This document shows, one piece after another, positions 20,663 to 31,658 of a DNA stretch of 64,000 nt. Position 1 is the first letter of the stretch. Every line of letters begins with the position of its first letter. The stretch is from a candidate division FCPU426 bacterium. Lineage in GTDB: Bacteria > Oederibacteriota > PGYV01 > Palsa-1178. Below the pieces are notes generated by a model. It was given only the letters and a program-made list of their open reading frames with translations, searched no databases and was not told the DNA's origin. The translations under genes and the position numbers were made by a program. The stretch lies in assembly GCA_963840035.1 (NCBI GenBank), contig CAWIXE010000001.1, positions 608,001 through 672,000 on the forward strand, given 5' to 3'.

Positions 20663-21460
20663 ATGATACGTGAAGCTGTAGTCGCAGGGGTTTTTTACGA
20701 CGCTGATGGCGACAAACTCAAAAAAAACATTTCATCCCTATGCCCTGAAAAAAAGGAACAAATATGCGCCAGGGCTGTGATTGTGCCGCATGCCGGCTAC
20801 ATATACTCCGGCAAAGTCGCGGCTGAAACTTTCGCTTCGGTAGAACTTCCTGACACATTTATAATACTCGGGCCCAACCACACGGGGCTTGGGAAACCCA
20901 TTTCTGTTTACCCGGAAGGGTCATGGCAGACACCCCTTGGCGAAGCCAGGATAGACGCGCTTTTGTCGGGGGATATCATCAAAAACTGCAAATCCGCCTC
21001 AAAAGACATAATGGCCCACGCGAGGGAGCATTCCATCGAGGTGCAGCTGCCATTCATTCAGTATCATAAAAAAGATTTCAGGTTCGCGGCAATCGCCCTG
21101 GGAGACCCCGATCTGCTCCATTTAAAAGAACTCGGGATTGCGATAGCGCAGGCCATAAAAGGCAGGGACGTGATGCTCGTGGCGTCCACGGACTTAACTC
21201 ACTACGAAGAGGCTTCGGAGGCCAAGGTAAAGGATGATATGGTGCTTAAATCCATTGAAAATATGGACCCGGAACAGCTGGCAAAGGACGTGCACAAGCA
21301 CGGCATATCCATGTGCGGATGGATGCCGGTATATACCGTTATGCACGCGTGCATGGCGCTGGGTTCTAAAGAGGCAAAAATAATAAGGTACATGAATTCC
21401 GGGGACACGAGCGGCGATTATGACGAAGTTGTCGGATACGCAGGAGCGGTTATTATATGA
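20663..21460 (+). CDS. amrB: AmmeMemoRadiSam system protein B (MEMO1 family)
   Basis: R..VVAGVFY, PHAGYIYSG, GPNH, EHSIEVQLPF, STDLTHY, MCG, VVGY. Confidence 0.9.
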   Translation: MIREAVVAGVFYDADGDKLKKNISSLCPEKKEQICARAVIVPHAGYIYSGKVAAETFASVELPDTFIILGPNHTGLGKPISVYPEGSWQTPLGEARIDALLSGDIIKNCKSASKDIMAHAREHSIEVQLPFIQYHKKDFRFAAIALGDPDLLHLKELGIAIAQAIKGRDVMLVASTDLTHYEEASEAKVKDDMVLKSIENMDPEQLAKDVHKHGISMCGWMPVYTVMHACMALGSKEAKIIRYMNSGDTSGDYDEVVGYAGAVII

Positions 21461-22575
21461 AGGAATTTTCGCTGTTATTTCCCCCAATAGCGCACTTTGG
21501 TTTCGGCAGCATTGAAAAGCTTGCCATATCCGGTATAAAAGGGCAAAAAGGGCTTATAATTACAGGCAAGCATTCCGCGAAAAAATCAGGGTTCCTGGCA
21601 AAAGTAAAAAAAATGCTCAAGGCCCAGGATAAGGAAGTATTTGTTTTTGATGATGTTGAGCCTGAAGTATCGGTTGAAACCGTGGACCGGGCTGCCGAGC
21701 ATGCCAGGCGCTATAAAGTGGACTTCATAGTTGGTTTGGGAGGCGGGTCTGCCATAGACTGCGCCAAAGCAGCTGCCGGAATTTACAAAGAAAAAATAAG
21801 CGTCAAGGAATACCTCGATAAAAAAATAAATGTAAGGAAAGAACCCGGATTCTTCATAGCCATACCCACTACCGCCGGAACAGGTTCCGAGGCCACAAAG
21901 AACGCGGTGCTGACATATACTTCAAAAAAAATAAAGATAAGCCTGCGCGGAGACGTGCTGGTGCCGTCGCTTGTGATACTTGATCCCGGGCTGACCATGG
22001 GGCTGCCGCCGGAGCTTACCGCTTTTACGGGTATGGACGCTTTAACACACGCTGTGGAATCATACTTTTCAAAGAATGCCAATGACGTCACAAAGCAGCT
22101 TTCTTACAGGGCTATAATGCTCATAACGCAGTCCCTGCACAAGGCGTATAAGGACGGAAGCGATAAAAAAGCCAGGCATGACATGCTGCTGGGCAGCTTC
22201 ACGGCAGGCATTGCTTTCGCAAATGCCGGCTTAGGCGCTGTGCACGGCATCGGCCACCCGATAGGCGCGGTATGCTCACTGCCGCACGGACAGGTAAACG
22301 CCATCCTTTTACCGGCAATCATGGAGTATAATGCGCGAGGCTGTGAAAAAGAACTGGAAGAGTTTAATCTGTCAGCCGGATTTGATCTTATTAAAAAGAT
22401 AAAGGACCTGAATAAAAAAATGGGCATCCCGTCAAAAATATCAAAAGTATGCCGCGGCGCAGGATCCCTTACGGAAGAGATAATAAAAAGGGTGGAGTAT
22501 TCAGCTTCCATGTCATATAATCCTGTAACAATGGACGAGGAAAAAGTGCGCGAAGTATTAAAGGAAGTGCTCTGA
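21457..22575 (+). CDS. Iron-containing alcohol dehydrogenase
   Basis: GGGSAID, PTTAGTGSE, DALTHAVE, HGIGH, PHG. Confidence 0.94.
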   Translation: MKEFSLLFPPIAHFGFGSIEKLAISGIKGQKGLIITGKHSAKKSGFLAKVKKMLKAQDKEVFVFDDVEPEVSVETVDRAAEHARRYKVDFIVGLGGGSAIDCAKAAAGIYKEKISVKEYLDKKINVRKEPGFFIAIPTTAGTGSEATKNAVLTYTSKKIKISLRGDVLVPSLVILDPGLTMGLPPELTAFTGMDALTHAVESYFSKNANDVTKQLSYRAIMLITQSLHKAYKDGSDKKARHDMLLGSFTAGIAFANAGLGAVHGIGHPIGAVCSLPHGQVNAILLPAIMEYNARGCEKELEEFNLSAGFDLIKKIKDLNKKMGIPSKISKVCRGAGSLTEEIIKRVEYSASMSYNPVTMDEEKVREVLKEVL

Positions 22576-24041
22576 TGAAGGAAAAAGCCATAACAAAGAT
22601 GGAAATAGTTTTCCTGCTGCTTGCGTGTGTTCTGGCCATTTTCATCAGGATTGATTCGCCGTCTATCCCGCTTGACCGCGATGAGGGGACCATAGCGTAT
22701 ATCGCTGACGGGCTGGGAAGCGGGATGCTTCCATACAGGGACACGTTTGACCATAATCCTCCCATGATGTATTTTATTTTCCGGGCCGGTTTTTCCATTT
22801 TTAACGGAGGGCCTGACAGCATCCGGGCCACAGCCGGATGCGCCGTAGTTATGACTATGATACTTATTTACATGTTCATGCGGATGTATTCCGGCGCGTT
22901 CCTGGCCATGCTGGCGGCTTTTATTTATGCCGTGTTCCAAAATAGCTTTTCTATGCGCGGCCTGGGGGCGGGCAGCGAGATATTTGCCCAATTTTTTTTA
23001 GTGGCTTCGATGCTGTTTATAAGCGACAGGGACAATAAATATGGGCATATCAGCGGTTTTATATCCGGTTTTTTTGCGGCAGCGGCATGGATGACGGCGC
23101 CAATAACCCTGTTTTTTATTCTTGTTCCAGCGGTATACATATTGAAATACGTTAAAAATAAAAAGAGGGACATTATCTGGTACGCAAGCGGCGTGATTTT
23201 TGTATTTATAACGGCAATATCATGGGCCGCCGCGAACAGCATTGCCGGTGAGTTCATTGATTGTGTGTTCATGTATGATCTGAGGAACTCCGCAGGCACA
23301 AATTTTATAACAGTTTTCAGAAGCGTCATTATCGGCAGCGCGGATTATGCCTCCGCATCCCTGCTGATTGTCGCAGGGGTGGTTTATGCCGTTTATAAAA
23401 CGGTTTCAAAAAATAATGACAGGCTTTTATTTCTGGCCCTTATTACATTTATTTCCTTGTATGCCGGGATAGTTTTATTTAAAGGGGCGTACCCTCATTA
23501 TTACCTGATACTTGCGTCAGCCGGGGCAATCATGGCGGCGGTTTTTATCAGGGATTTATCCGCATATGTTTCAAAAAAAGAAGGCGGGAAGATTGGGGCT
23601 ATTGTGGCCGCGGGTTTGCTAATAGCCGGCATCACAATTCATTTTGTAGCGGAGAACGCCTATGATATTGTAAAAAACGGGAGGTTTACGCACGGCATAT
23701 TTTATGAATCCCGCGCCATGGCAGACGCCATAAACAGCAGCAAAAACAAGGACACAACTGTTTTTGTCTGGCCCAATGAACCGGAAATATATTACCTGAC
23801 CCGGACAAAACCTCCGGGCAGGTTCATATATTCATATCCACTGAATGATTATGTTGGGGAGGGAAAGCAGCTTGAGCAGGAGCTTTTCCTGAAAAAACCC
23901 GATTATTTTGTCCTGGAAAACGGTACGGAGGGAAAGTTCGCGCAGCAGCAGCTGGGTTATTACAAAAAGTCGGTTGAGGGAAGATACCTTACACTTTACA
24001 GAAAAGCATCCAAGGAGGAAAAAAATGAACCGCATAAATGA
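22575..24041 (+). CDS. GT-C fold glycosyltransferase (ArnT/PMT-like)
   Basis: DRDEG, PYRDTFDHNPP, ~11 TM segments, YPHYY. Confidence 0.8.
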   Translation: MKEKAITKMEIVFLLLACVLAIFIRIDSPSIPLDRDEGTIAYIADGLGSGMLPYRDTFDHNPPMMYFIFRAGFSIFNGGPDSIRATAGCAVVMTMILIYMFMRMYSGAFLAMLAAFIYAVFQNSFSMRGLGAGSEIFAQFFLVASMLFISDRDNKYGHISGFISGFFAAAAWMTAPITLFFILVPAVYILKYVKNKKRDIIWYASGVIFVFITAISWAAANSIAGEFIDCVFMYDLRNSAGTNFITVFRSVIIGSADYASASLLIVAGVVYAVYKTVSKNNDRLLFLALITFISLYAGIVLFKGAYPHYYLILASAGAIMAAVFIRDLSAYVSKKEGGKIGAIVAAGLLIAGITIHFVAENAYDIVKNGRFTHGIFYESRAMADAINSSKNKDTTVFVWPNEPEIYYLTRTKPPGRFIYSYPLNDYVGEGKQLEQELFLKKPDYFVLENGTEGKFAQQQLGYYKKSVEGRYLTLYRKASKEEKNEPHK

Positions 24042-24339
24042 CGCGGATGTGGAATTTAAGAATAAAGTTTCAGGCTCAAAATACCTTTTTAACCAGGAAA
24101 ACAAATACGCCTTTGGAACGGCTTACTTAAGGCCCGGTGACGAGATAAAAGACCACTCGCACCCGGATGAAGTGGAGCTTTTTTACTTTATATCAGGCTC
24201 CCCGAAATTTATAGCTGACGGAAAGGAATTCAGGGTGAAGGCCGGAGACGCTTTCAAAGTCGAAGCGAAAGAAATGCATTATATGGTAAATGACACGAAG
24301 GAAACGGCGCACCTGAATTTTATAAAGATTAAGGTTTGA
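24025..24339 (+). CDS. Cupin domain protein
   Basis: HSHPDEVELFYFISG...GD...EMHY; ATG after AAGGAGG. Confidence 0.88.
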   Translation: MNRINDADVEFKNKVSGSKYLFNQENKYAFGTAYLRPGDEIKDHSHPDEVELFYFISGSPKFIADGKEFRVKAGDAFKVEAKEMHYMVNDTKETAHLNFIKIKV

Positions 24340-24606
24340 TTGTTGCGGATTTGGAAGCCGCAACCTTCAGGTTGCGAAACAATGAGCGGCGTAAGGCGAT
24401 ACTATCATTAATTGTGCGTAAATTGATTTGTTCTTTTTTCCCCTCTCCTAAGAGGAGAGGGAGAAAGACGTTTATAATGAAAACAATCATATTATCGGCC
24501 AAAATGAATTTACACTTTATTATATACAATATCGTGTAAGGCCTGGTTGACGCAATAATGCTCCTTTATGATATAATGATATTACTTTAAAGGGAGAGGA
24601 TAATCC

Positions 24607-26439
24607 ATGGATTCAAAACGTCTGAGCATAGCCTTAAAGGTCATATTCGGGGTTGTATTCGCGGCGGCGCTTTTTGCCGCGAGTTATAACTCGTTTTTAT
24701 CGCCGGAGACTTTCAGGCACGCCGCCCTGGGCAAGGAATTTTTAAAGGACCTCGGCTTTCCCAAGGCTGATAATTTTTCCTACGCGGGGCCGGCGTCATG
24801 GGACAGGAGCTCGTGGCTTTTTGATTTTTTCATATACTCCCTGTGCTATTTAGGAGGAGTGGATAACCTTGTTTACCTGAAATTCTTCCTCTTCGCGCTT
24901 TTTACAGGAGTGCTATTTCTTATTATATACAAAAAACAGCAGGGAAAGTATATAAGCATAACCATACCCATTGGGGTGCTCGTCCTATGGATGCTGGATA
25001 ACTATTTTAAGATAATCCCGCCGATATTTTCCTACGTTTTTACAATGTATTTTATATTTGTCCTTGAACAGGAGCCGACGAAAAGGAATTCGATGTTATA
25101 TTACACCCTGCCTTTTATAGCGCTTTTCTGGGCAAATACAAGCAGTACTGCGCCGGCCGCGGCCGCGCTCACGCTTGTTTACCTCCTTTATTATATAGCG
25201 GACTCATATGAGATGCCGGAGCGCAGGGAAAAGTACAATTCTCCCGCGATCCTTATAGCATTTGCCGGCGTTCTGGGAGCCACTTTTTTAAGCCCTGATT
25301 TTACGGGAGCTTACATAAATTTATATGAAGGATTTAAGACAGGGTTCGGGTCCTGGAAGGAAGCCATCATGAACGGCGGCGGGGCTGAGTGGATTCAGCT
25401 GCTGTTTTTCTTCCTTTACATGATTGGCGCTCTTGTAATACTTTTTTTCAACGAGCGCGGCGCCGACGTCGGAAGGAAATCGGAACTCATAAAAGACATT
25501 GCCGTGGTGGTGCTGCTGCTTGCGGCGAGTTATTCCGACAGGGGTTATGTGCCGGTATTTATTTCCGCGACCCTGCCGCTTCTCATGTATTACGCGTACC
25601 TGATATTCCGCTGGAATATCGTGTGGCCGCTGCAATGGACTGAAAAAAACCTGTTGAGGGTTAAAAACACCACGTATTTGATACTCATACCGCTCGTTAT
25701 CGCCTTCATCGTTGTCAGGATTACGGGCGCGGTAAAGCAGGATTATCCGCAGGAAGCCAAGAATTACTTGCTAGCTAATAAAATTGCGACTAATTTATTT
25801 GTCGAGCCCGAATGGACCGGGTTTGCCGAGTATTACCTGTACCCGGCATACCAGGTAATGTCCGACGCGAATAAAAGCAGGGACGGCCAGCTTAAGAGGG
25901 AATACGACCTCGTGGCTTCCACTGACATGACCATCACCCCGATACTAATTAAGTACGGAATAAACTCATTTCTGGTAAAGTCAGGTTCAAGACTCGCGGG
26001 AAAGATGGCGTCCATGGGATATAAGACCGCATATTTTGACGGCCAAAATGAAGTGCTGGTCAACCCTGAGCAGGCTAAGGAATATTTTAAATTCATAAAT
26101 ACAAACAACGGCGACGATTTTTATGACAAAAACAATCTGGGGCCGTCGCTTAAGGAAATGCTGGCTTTTGCCGAGAAATACCCGTCGGTTAAGGCGCACT
26201 TAATGGCGGCGAAGCTTTACGCCGCCGTAAACAGGAAAAGGGCGAAGGCCTACCTGGAGGAGACCATAAGCAATTTTGAAAGCGAATACCCGTTGTATAA
26301 TTACCTCGGAAAGATATATTTTGACGAGGGGGAGTATGTAAGCGCCATGGAGGTATGGGAGCAGTCAAAGGAAGTGGACGTGAAGACGGCCCAGCTTATG
26401 AAGGCGGCGAAAAAAAGGCTGGAACGGGAAGAGGAATAG
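24607..26439 (+). CDS. Polytopic membrane protein (GT-C-like) with C-terminal TPR
   Basis: D.FSY...W...SWLFD, LFWAN motifs, many TM segments, YNYLGKIYF TPR. Confidence 0.65.
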   Translation: MDSKRLSIALKVIFGVVFAAALFAASYNSFLSPETFRHAALGKEFLKDLGFPKADNFSYAGPASWDRSSWLFDFFIYSLCYLGGVDNLVYLKFFLFALFTGVLFLIIYKKQQGKYISITIPIGVLVLWMLDNYFKIIPPIFSYVFTMYFIFVLEQEPTKRNSMLYYTLPFIALFWANTSSTAPAAAALTLVYLLYYIADSYEMPERREKYNSPAILIAFAGVLGATFLSPDFTGAYINLYEGFKTGFGSWKEAIMNGGGAEWIQLLFFFLYMIGALVILFFNERGADVGRKSELIKDIAVVVLLLAASYSDRGYVPVFISATLPLLMYYAYLIFRWNIVWPLQWTEKNLLRVKNTTYLILIPLVIAFIVVRITGAVKQDYPQEAKNYLLANKIATNLFVEPEWTGFAEYYLYPAYQVMSDANKSRDGQLKREYDLVASTDMTITPILIKYGINSFLVKSGSRLAGKMASMGYKTAYFDGQNEVLVNPEQAKEYFKFINTNNGDDFYDKNNLGPSLKEMLAFAEKYPSVKAHLMAAKLYAAVNRKRAKAYLEETISNFESEYPLYNYLGKIYFDEGEYVSAMEVWEQSKEVDVKTAQLMKAAKKRLEREEE

Positions 26440-26466
26440 ACCCGCGCAGAATGATTGTTGGGATAA

Positions 26467-26508
26467 AACTGAGAGATAGAACTGAGAGATAGAACTGAGA
26501 GATAGAAC
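26467..26508. repeat. 13-bp tandem repeat x3
   Basis: AACTGAGAGATAG three times at the left edge of the AT-rich island. Confidence 0.85.
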
Positions 26509-26665
26509 CAGTATAACGTTTAAACAAAATGTTCCACCTAGTGAAAAGAAAATGAAGTTTTGATTGAATATGTTTTGACGCAGGATGTCCCATTAGATAT
26601 ACTTAATGCATATATAAAATATTAGTATTTCATAACGTCAAATATAACTGATTCACGGGGATGGG

Positions 26666-26937
26666 ATGATTATAAAATTTCTAAAATCAAAAATATTTTT
26701 TTTATTATTTATACTATTTATTTTAATCAATTTACAAATACAAGCCGTGCCTATTACCTGGACACAAAATTCAGATGGGTCAATCACTGTTTCTGCAACC
26801 CTTAACGAAAGTATGTACGGCCCCTACACGCATTATAATCCTGATTACGAATGGACTGCCGGATACGTCTACGCGGTATTAATTGGAGGCGGCACTACTG
26901 CAAAATTTTTAGGTTTTGTAGGACCTCAAATGACACC
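26666..26937 (+). pseudogene. 5' fragment of a secreted protein truncated by IS
   Basis: Signal peptide MIIKFLKSKIFFLLFILFILINLQIQA; reading frame runs into the IS left end at 26938. Confidence 0.7.
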
Positions 26938-28483
26938 TGTTGAAAGTCAGCTAAGTGTGGAGATTCGTCAGGTTTAATGACATGATGGTTTTAGGTTGTG
27001 CTCTCAAGTAAAAATGAGTAAAATTGAAAGAAAAAGGAGCGCAACATGGATAAGAATAAAATCGAAGAAGCAGACACAATAGAGGTAGAACCGGGAAATA
27101 CAGAACGGATGATAAAACGGGTTAAAAGGCACACCAAAAAGCGTTATACCGCCGAAGAAAAAATCAGGATAGTCCTCGAAGCATTCCGTAAGGAAATCAG
27201 CGTGGCAGAGCTATGCCGCAGAGAAGGTATCCACGCGCAGGTATATTACGGCTGGTTGAGGGACTTCATGGAAGCAGGCAAAGAACGGCTTCAGGGTGAT
27301 GTTTTAAGACAGGCAAACAAAGGCGAAGTTAAGGACCTGAAGAAAGAGAATGAACGGTTAAAGAACGTCATCGGGGATATGGCTCTTGAGAATAACTTGT
27401 TAAAAAAAATTATGAAAAAGTAGAAAAGCCGCACTTGGGCATGGACGCCGAGGAAAAAACCGTGCTTTTAGCCCGGTTGAGGGCAATAAGGCGGGGCGAA
27501 AAACGCAGTACGCTCAAGACCCTGAAAATACCCGAATCAACGTATTACAAGTGGAGAAAAGTTCTTTACGAGGAAGGCGTAGCCGGGCTGATGAAACAAA
27601 GAAAGCCCGCGATACCGTGGAACAAGCTTCTGCCTGAAGAGGAATCAGAAGTAGTGGCAGCTGCAAAAGAACACACGGAAATGTCGCCGAGAGAGATAGC
27701 GGTTTTGATAACGGACACAGGCACTTTCAGCGTCAGTGAAAAGACGGTGCAAAGGATCTTGAAAAGGCACGACCTGCTAGCTCTAAGGCCGAAGGAAGAG
27801 TATCCTGCCGCAAAAGAATGGCACACAAAGACTGCTTCGCCTGATGAAATCTGGCAAATGGATGGCACTGCGATGTTCGTAACTAACTGGGGCTATTACA
27901 AGTATATACCAGTGATTGACGACTACTCAAGAAGAGTCATGAATTCCAGGCTTATGTTGGACGAAAGCGGATACTCCGCGTCAGATGCGGTTGAGATATC
28001 GCTGGAGGAAGCAAAAAGTCTTGGACATGTGCTAAATAGGCACCCGGTAATGCTGACCGACAACGGGCCGGCCTTCAGCGGTTGGGTGTTATCTGACTAT
28101 CTCAATAACAAGGGTATTCGGCACATTTTTGGCAGACCATATCACCCGCAGACACAGGGCAAGGTTGAGAGGTTTAACAGGACAATTAAGGACCATCTAT
28201 TTGTAGTGAATTACGACAGCCCAGAAAAACTTCAGGAGGCTTTGACAGAAGGCGTTGCCTGGTACAACAACAGGCCACATGAATCACTACAAAACGTTAG
28301 TCCAAACGATGTCTATGCAGGTCGGAAGGAGGAAATCCTCGAGCGCAGGGCAAAGAAAAAGGAATTGACCATCGAAAGGCGCAAGGCGTATAATCTTAGC
28401 AAGGAGATTGGGAATGAATAACGCAACCGAAAGCCATCAAGTTAAAGGCGAGTCAAGACTCTACAATGTGCTGACTACGCACA
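26938..28483 (+). mobile_element. IS3-family insertion sequence, copy 1 (1546 bp)
   Basis: Imperfect IRs TGTTGAAAGTCAGC.../...GCTGACTACGCACA; orfA+orfB; same length as copy 2. Confidence 0.93.
27046..28421 (+). CDS. IS3 transposase OrfA (27046-27423) / OrfB (DDE), joined by -1 frameshift
   Basis: HTH orfA; rve core WQMD..IDDYSR..TDNG..GKVERF; A8 run at 27402-27409 with orfB in the -1 frame, open from there. Confidence 0.92.
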
Positions 28484-28776
28484 ACCCGATTGGAATATTA
28501 GGAGACATTAATTTATATGAATATGTTCAAAATAATTCTGTCAACATTATTGATCTAAATGGATTGTGTGGATGTAAGGATATAAAAGGGTATTTTGGAT
28601 GTATTTTAAGAATAATGGCTAGATCCCCTGAAATTCCTCTTTGCGGACAAATATGTAGTCTGTGTTATATTATTCCTCCCAGTCCATTAAAACTTGCTAC
28701 TTGTCTAGGATGTTTAGCATGTATTTCGTATGAAGTATCTAAAGAATTAGAATGTCTTAAAACTTACTGCAGATAA
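28484..28776 (+). pseudogene. Orphan Rhs C-terminal fragment with Cys-rich putative toxin domain
   Basis: PIGILGDINLYEYVQNNSVNIIDLNGL matches the Rhs core end (DPIG..GG.NLY.Y..NNP....DP.GL). Confidence 0.8.
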
Positions 28777-28790
28777 AAGGAGAAACAAAA

Positions 28791-29261
28791 ATGCAAAAAA
28801 TGGATGTTAATAGAAACGAAATGAGAATTACTACAATTAGTACAATGATTTTTAGTGTGCTTTATATTGTTTATTACCTAATGAATTTCATTTTAGAAAA
28901 CAATCCAAAAGAATACAATAATCCAGCGGCAGCAAAATTTAACATTCTATTGTCGTTAATTTTAGTCACTTTCTTTATTGTAAAATTTGTTATTGTTAAA
29001 ACAATAAAATTTAAAATACAATACCTAATACTCGTATTATATTACACAGTTTATGATATAAGTAATTATTTAATCGTAATAAAATTTGCAAATACATATA
29101 TGCAAACCGTTGTTTTTGCCTTATCTTTTTTAATGATTGTTGTTTTTTCTGTACTAAATAAAAAAATAATTTATGAACAGCTTTTTTATAAAATTTTAAT
29201 GGGGGCGGGAATACTTGCCGTGTTTTTCCTCGCACTTATGAAACATATTTTACAATTTTAA
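28791..29261 (+). CDS. Small multi-TM protein, putative immunity protein
   Basis: Very AT-rich, ~5 hydrophobic segments, AAGGAG RBS, 14 bp after the Rhs tip. Confidence 0.6.
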   Translation: MQKMDVNRNEMRITTISTMIFSVLYIVYYLMNFILENNPKEYNNPAAAKFNILLSLILVTFFIVKFVIVKTIKFKIQYLILVLYYTVYDISNYLIVIKFANTYMQTVVFALSFLMIVVFSVLNKKIIYEQLFYKILMGAGILAVFFLALMKHILQF

Positions 29262-29378
29262 TATAACGAGAGATTTAATTCAAAAATTAATAGGTGGGTT
29301 TGGTAATAATATTTGTAATTATTCAACATAAAGGGAATTGAATAAGTATTAGTAATTAAATAAAAAGGGATATCTAAA

Positions 29379-29457
29379 ATGACTAAAAAAGTGAAAAACA
29401 CAACCACATTGTTAATCATTTTATTCTTTTCTAATATAATCAATGCAGATTGGTCTG
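29379..29457 (+). pseudogene. 5' fragment (signal peptide) of a secreted protein truncated by IS
   Basis: AAAAGGGA RBS then MTKKVKNTTTLLIILFFSNIINADWS, cut by the IS left end at 29458. Confidence 0.55.
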
Positions 29458-29514
29458 TGTTGAAAGTCAGCTAAGAGTGGAGACTCGTCAGGTTTAATGA
29501 CATGATGGTTTTAG
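29458..29514 (+). repeat. Tandem duplicate of the first 57 bp of IS copy 2
   Basis: Identical to 29515-29571. Confidence 0.9.
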
Positions 29515-31060
29515 TGTTGAAAGTCAGCTAAGAGTGGAGACTCGTCAGGTTTAATGACATGATGGTTTTAGGTTGTGCTCTCAAGTAAAAATGAGTAAAA
29601 TTGAAAGAAAAAGGAGCGCAACATGGATAAGAATAAAATCGAAGAAGCAGACACAATAGAGGTAGAACCGGGAAATACAGAACGGATGATAAAACGGGTT
29701 AAAAGGCACACCAAAAAGCGTTATACCGCCGAAGAAAAAATCAGGATAGTCCTCGAAGCATTCCGTAAGGAAATCAGCGTGGCAGAGCTATGCCGCAGAG
29801 AAGGTATCCACGCGCAGGTATATTACGGCTGGTTGAGGGACTTCATGGAAGCAGGCAAAGAACGGCTTCAGGGTGATGTTTTAAGACAGGCAAACAAAGG
29901 CGAAGTTAAGGACCTGAAGAAAGAGAATGAACGGTTAAAGAACGTCATCGGGGATATGGCTCTTGAGAATAACTTGTTAAAAAAAATTATGAAAAAGTAG
30001 AAAAGCCGCACTTGGGCATGGACGCCGAGGAAAAAACCGTGCTTTTAGCCCGGTTGAGGGCAATAAGGCGGGGTGAAAAACGTAGTACGCTCAAGACCCT
30101 GAAAATACCAGAATCAACGTATTACAAGTGGAGAAAAGTTCTTTACGAGGAAGGCGTAGCCGGGCTGATGAAACAAAGAAAGCCTGTGATACCGTGGAAC
30201 AAGCTTCTGCCTGAAGAAGAAGTTGAAGTCGTGGCAGCAGCAAAAGAACACACGGAAATGTCGCCAAGAGAGATAGCGGTTTTGATAACGGATACAGGTA
30301 CTTTCAGTGTCAGTGAAAAGACCGTGCAGAGGATCCTGAAGAGGCACAATCTTATTGCACTCAGGCCGAAGGAAGAGCAGCCTGCCGCAAAAGAATGGCA
30401 CACAAAAACAGCCTCGCCTGATGAAATCTGGCAGATGGATGGAACCGTGATGTTCGTAACTAACTGGGGCTATTACAAGTACTTGCCAGTGATTGACGAC
30501 TACTCAAGAAGGGTCATGAATTCCAGGCTTATGTTTGACGAGAGCGGATACTCCGCGTCAGATGCGGTTGAGATATCGCTGGAGGAAGCAAAAAGTCTTG
30601 GACATGTGCTAAATAGGCACCCAGTGATGCTGACCGACAACGGCCCGGCTTTCAGCGGTTGGGTGTTATCTGATTACCTCAATAACAAGGGCATCAGGCA
30701 CATCTTTGGAAGGCCATACCACCCACAAACGCAGGGTAAGGTTGAGAGGTTTAACCGGACGATTAAGGATCACCTTTTTGTTGTAAATTACGACAGTCCA
30801 GAAAAACTGCAGGAGGCGTTGACAGAAGGTGTTGCCTGGTACAACAACAGACCGCATGAAGCGCTGCAGAACGTAAGCCCAAATGATGTTTATGCCGGAC
30901 GAAAGGAGGAGGTACTTGAACGCAGGGCGAAGAAAAAGGAATTGACCATCGAAAGGCGCAAGGCGTATAATCTTAGCAAGGAGATTGGGAATGAATAACA
31001 CAACCGAAAGCCATCAAGTTAAAGGCGAGTCAAGACTCTACAATGTGCTGACTACGCACA
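29515..31060 (+). mobile_element. IS3-family insertion sequence, copy 2 (1546 bp)
   Basis: Same ends, length and orientation as copy 1. Confidence 0.93.
29623..30998 (+). CDS. IS3 transposase OrfA (29623-30000) / OrfB, -1 frameshift
   Basis: OrfA protein identical to copy 1; OrfB differs at 10 residues. Confidence 0.92.
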
Positions 31061-31645
31061 ACGATCGTTAGCGGTGATTTTGGTGACAGCCAGACTCGGT
31101 ACTTGAAAGTAACCTTTACTGCAAGCACGGGAAGTATCGTACAAAATGGTTACGTTGAGGTCCAGACACGATTTAACAAGCAAGATTGGAGTTCCTACAC
31201 GCAGTCCAATGACTGGAGTTACGTCAATTATACTGATTTTACAAATTGGGATAAAGTTGTTGTATTAGTCGATGGATCAAAGGTCTGGGGAATGGCACCG
31301 GGGGTTGGATTATTGAGCATTTCAAAGATACAGCCCACAAGGAAAATCACCATAGAACCACTGTCGGAAAAAAGCGTTTACAATTATCCCAACCCATTTA
31401 GCGGTGAAACGGTAATAAGGTACTCATTAGACAATGTTTCCGATGTACAAATATCAATTTATGATTCAAATAACAAGCCAGTATGGTCAAGGTCTTTGGA
31501 GTCAGCGGAGGTTACTATGGGAGTAAATACGATAACATGGAACGCAAAAAACGGTAAAGGCAAAAGGGTTTCAAACGGTATTTATATGCTTGAGATTAAA
31601 TCAGGAAATAAAGTTGTCATAAAAAAGATAGCAGTAATAAAATAA
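31061..31645 (+). pseudogene. 3' fragment: partial CBM3 plus FlgD/CTD-like sorting domain
   Basis: YLKVTF..EVQTRFNKQDWSSYTQSNDWSY..WDKVVVLVDGSKVWG is the C-terminal half of CBM3; then YNYPNPF..WNAKN..VSNGIY; frame open from the IS end. Confidence 0.8.
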
Positions 31646-31658
31646 CAGGAGATAATAA

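Noticed and set aside
20663..21460. Complete AmmeMemoRadiSam system
   Set aside because: Only protein B is here; the partners are often encoded elsewhere.
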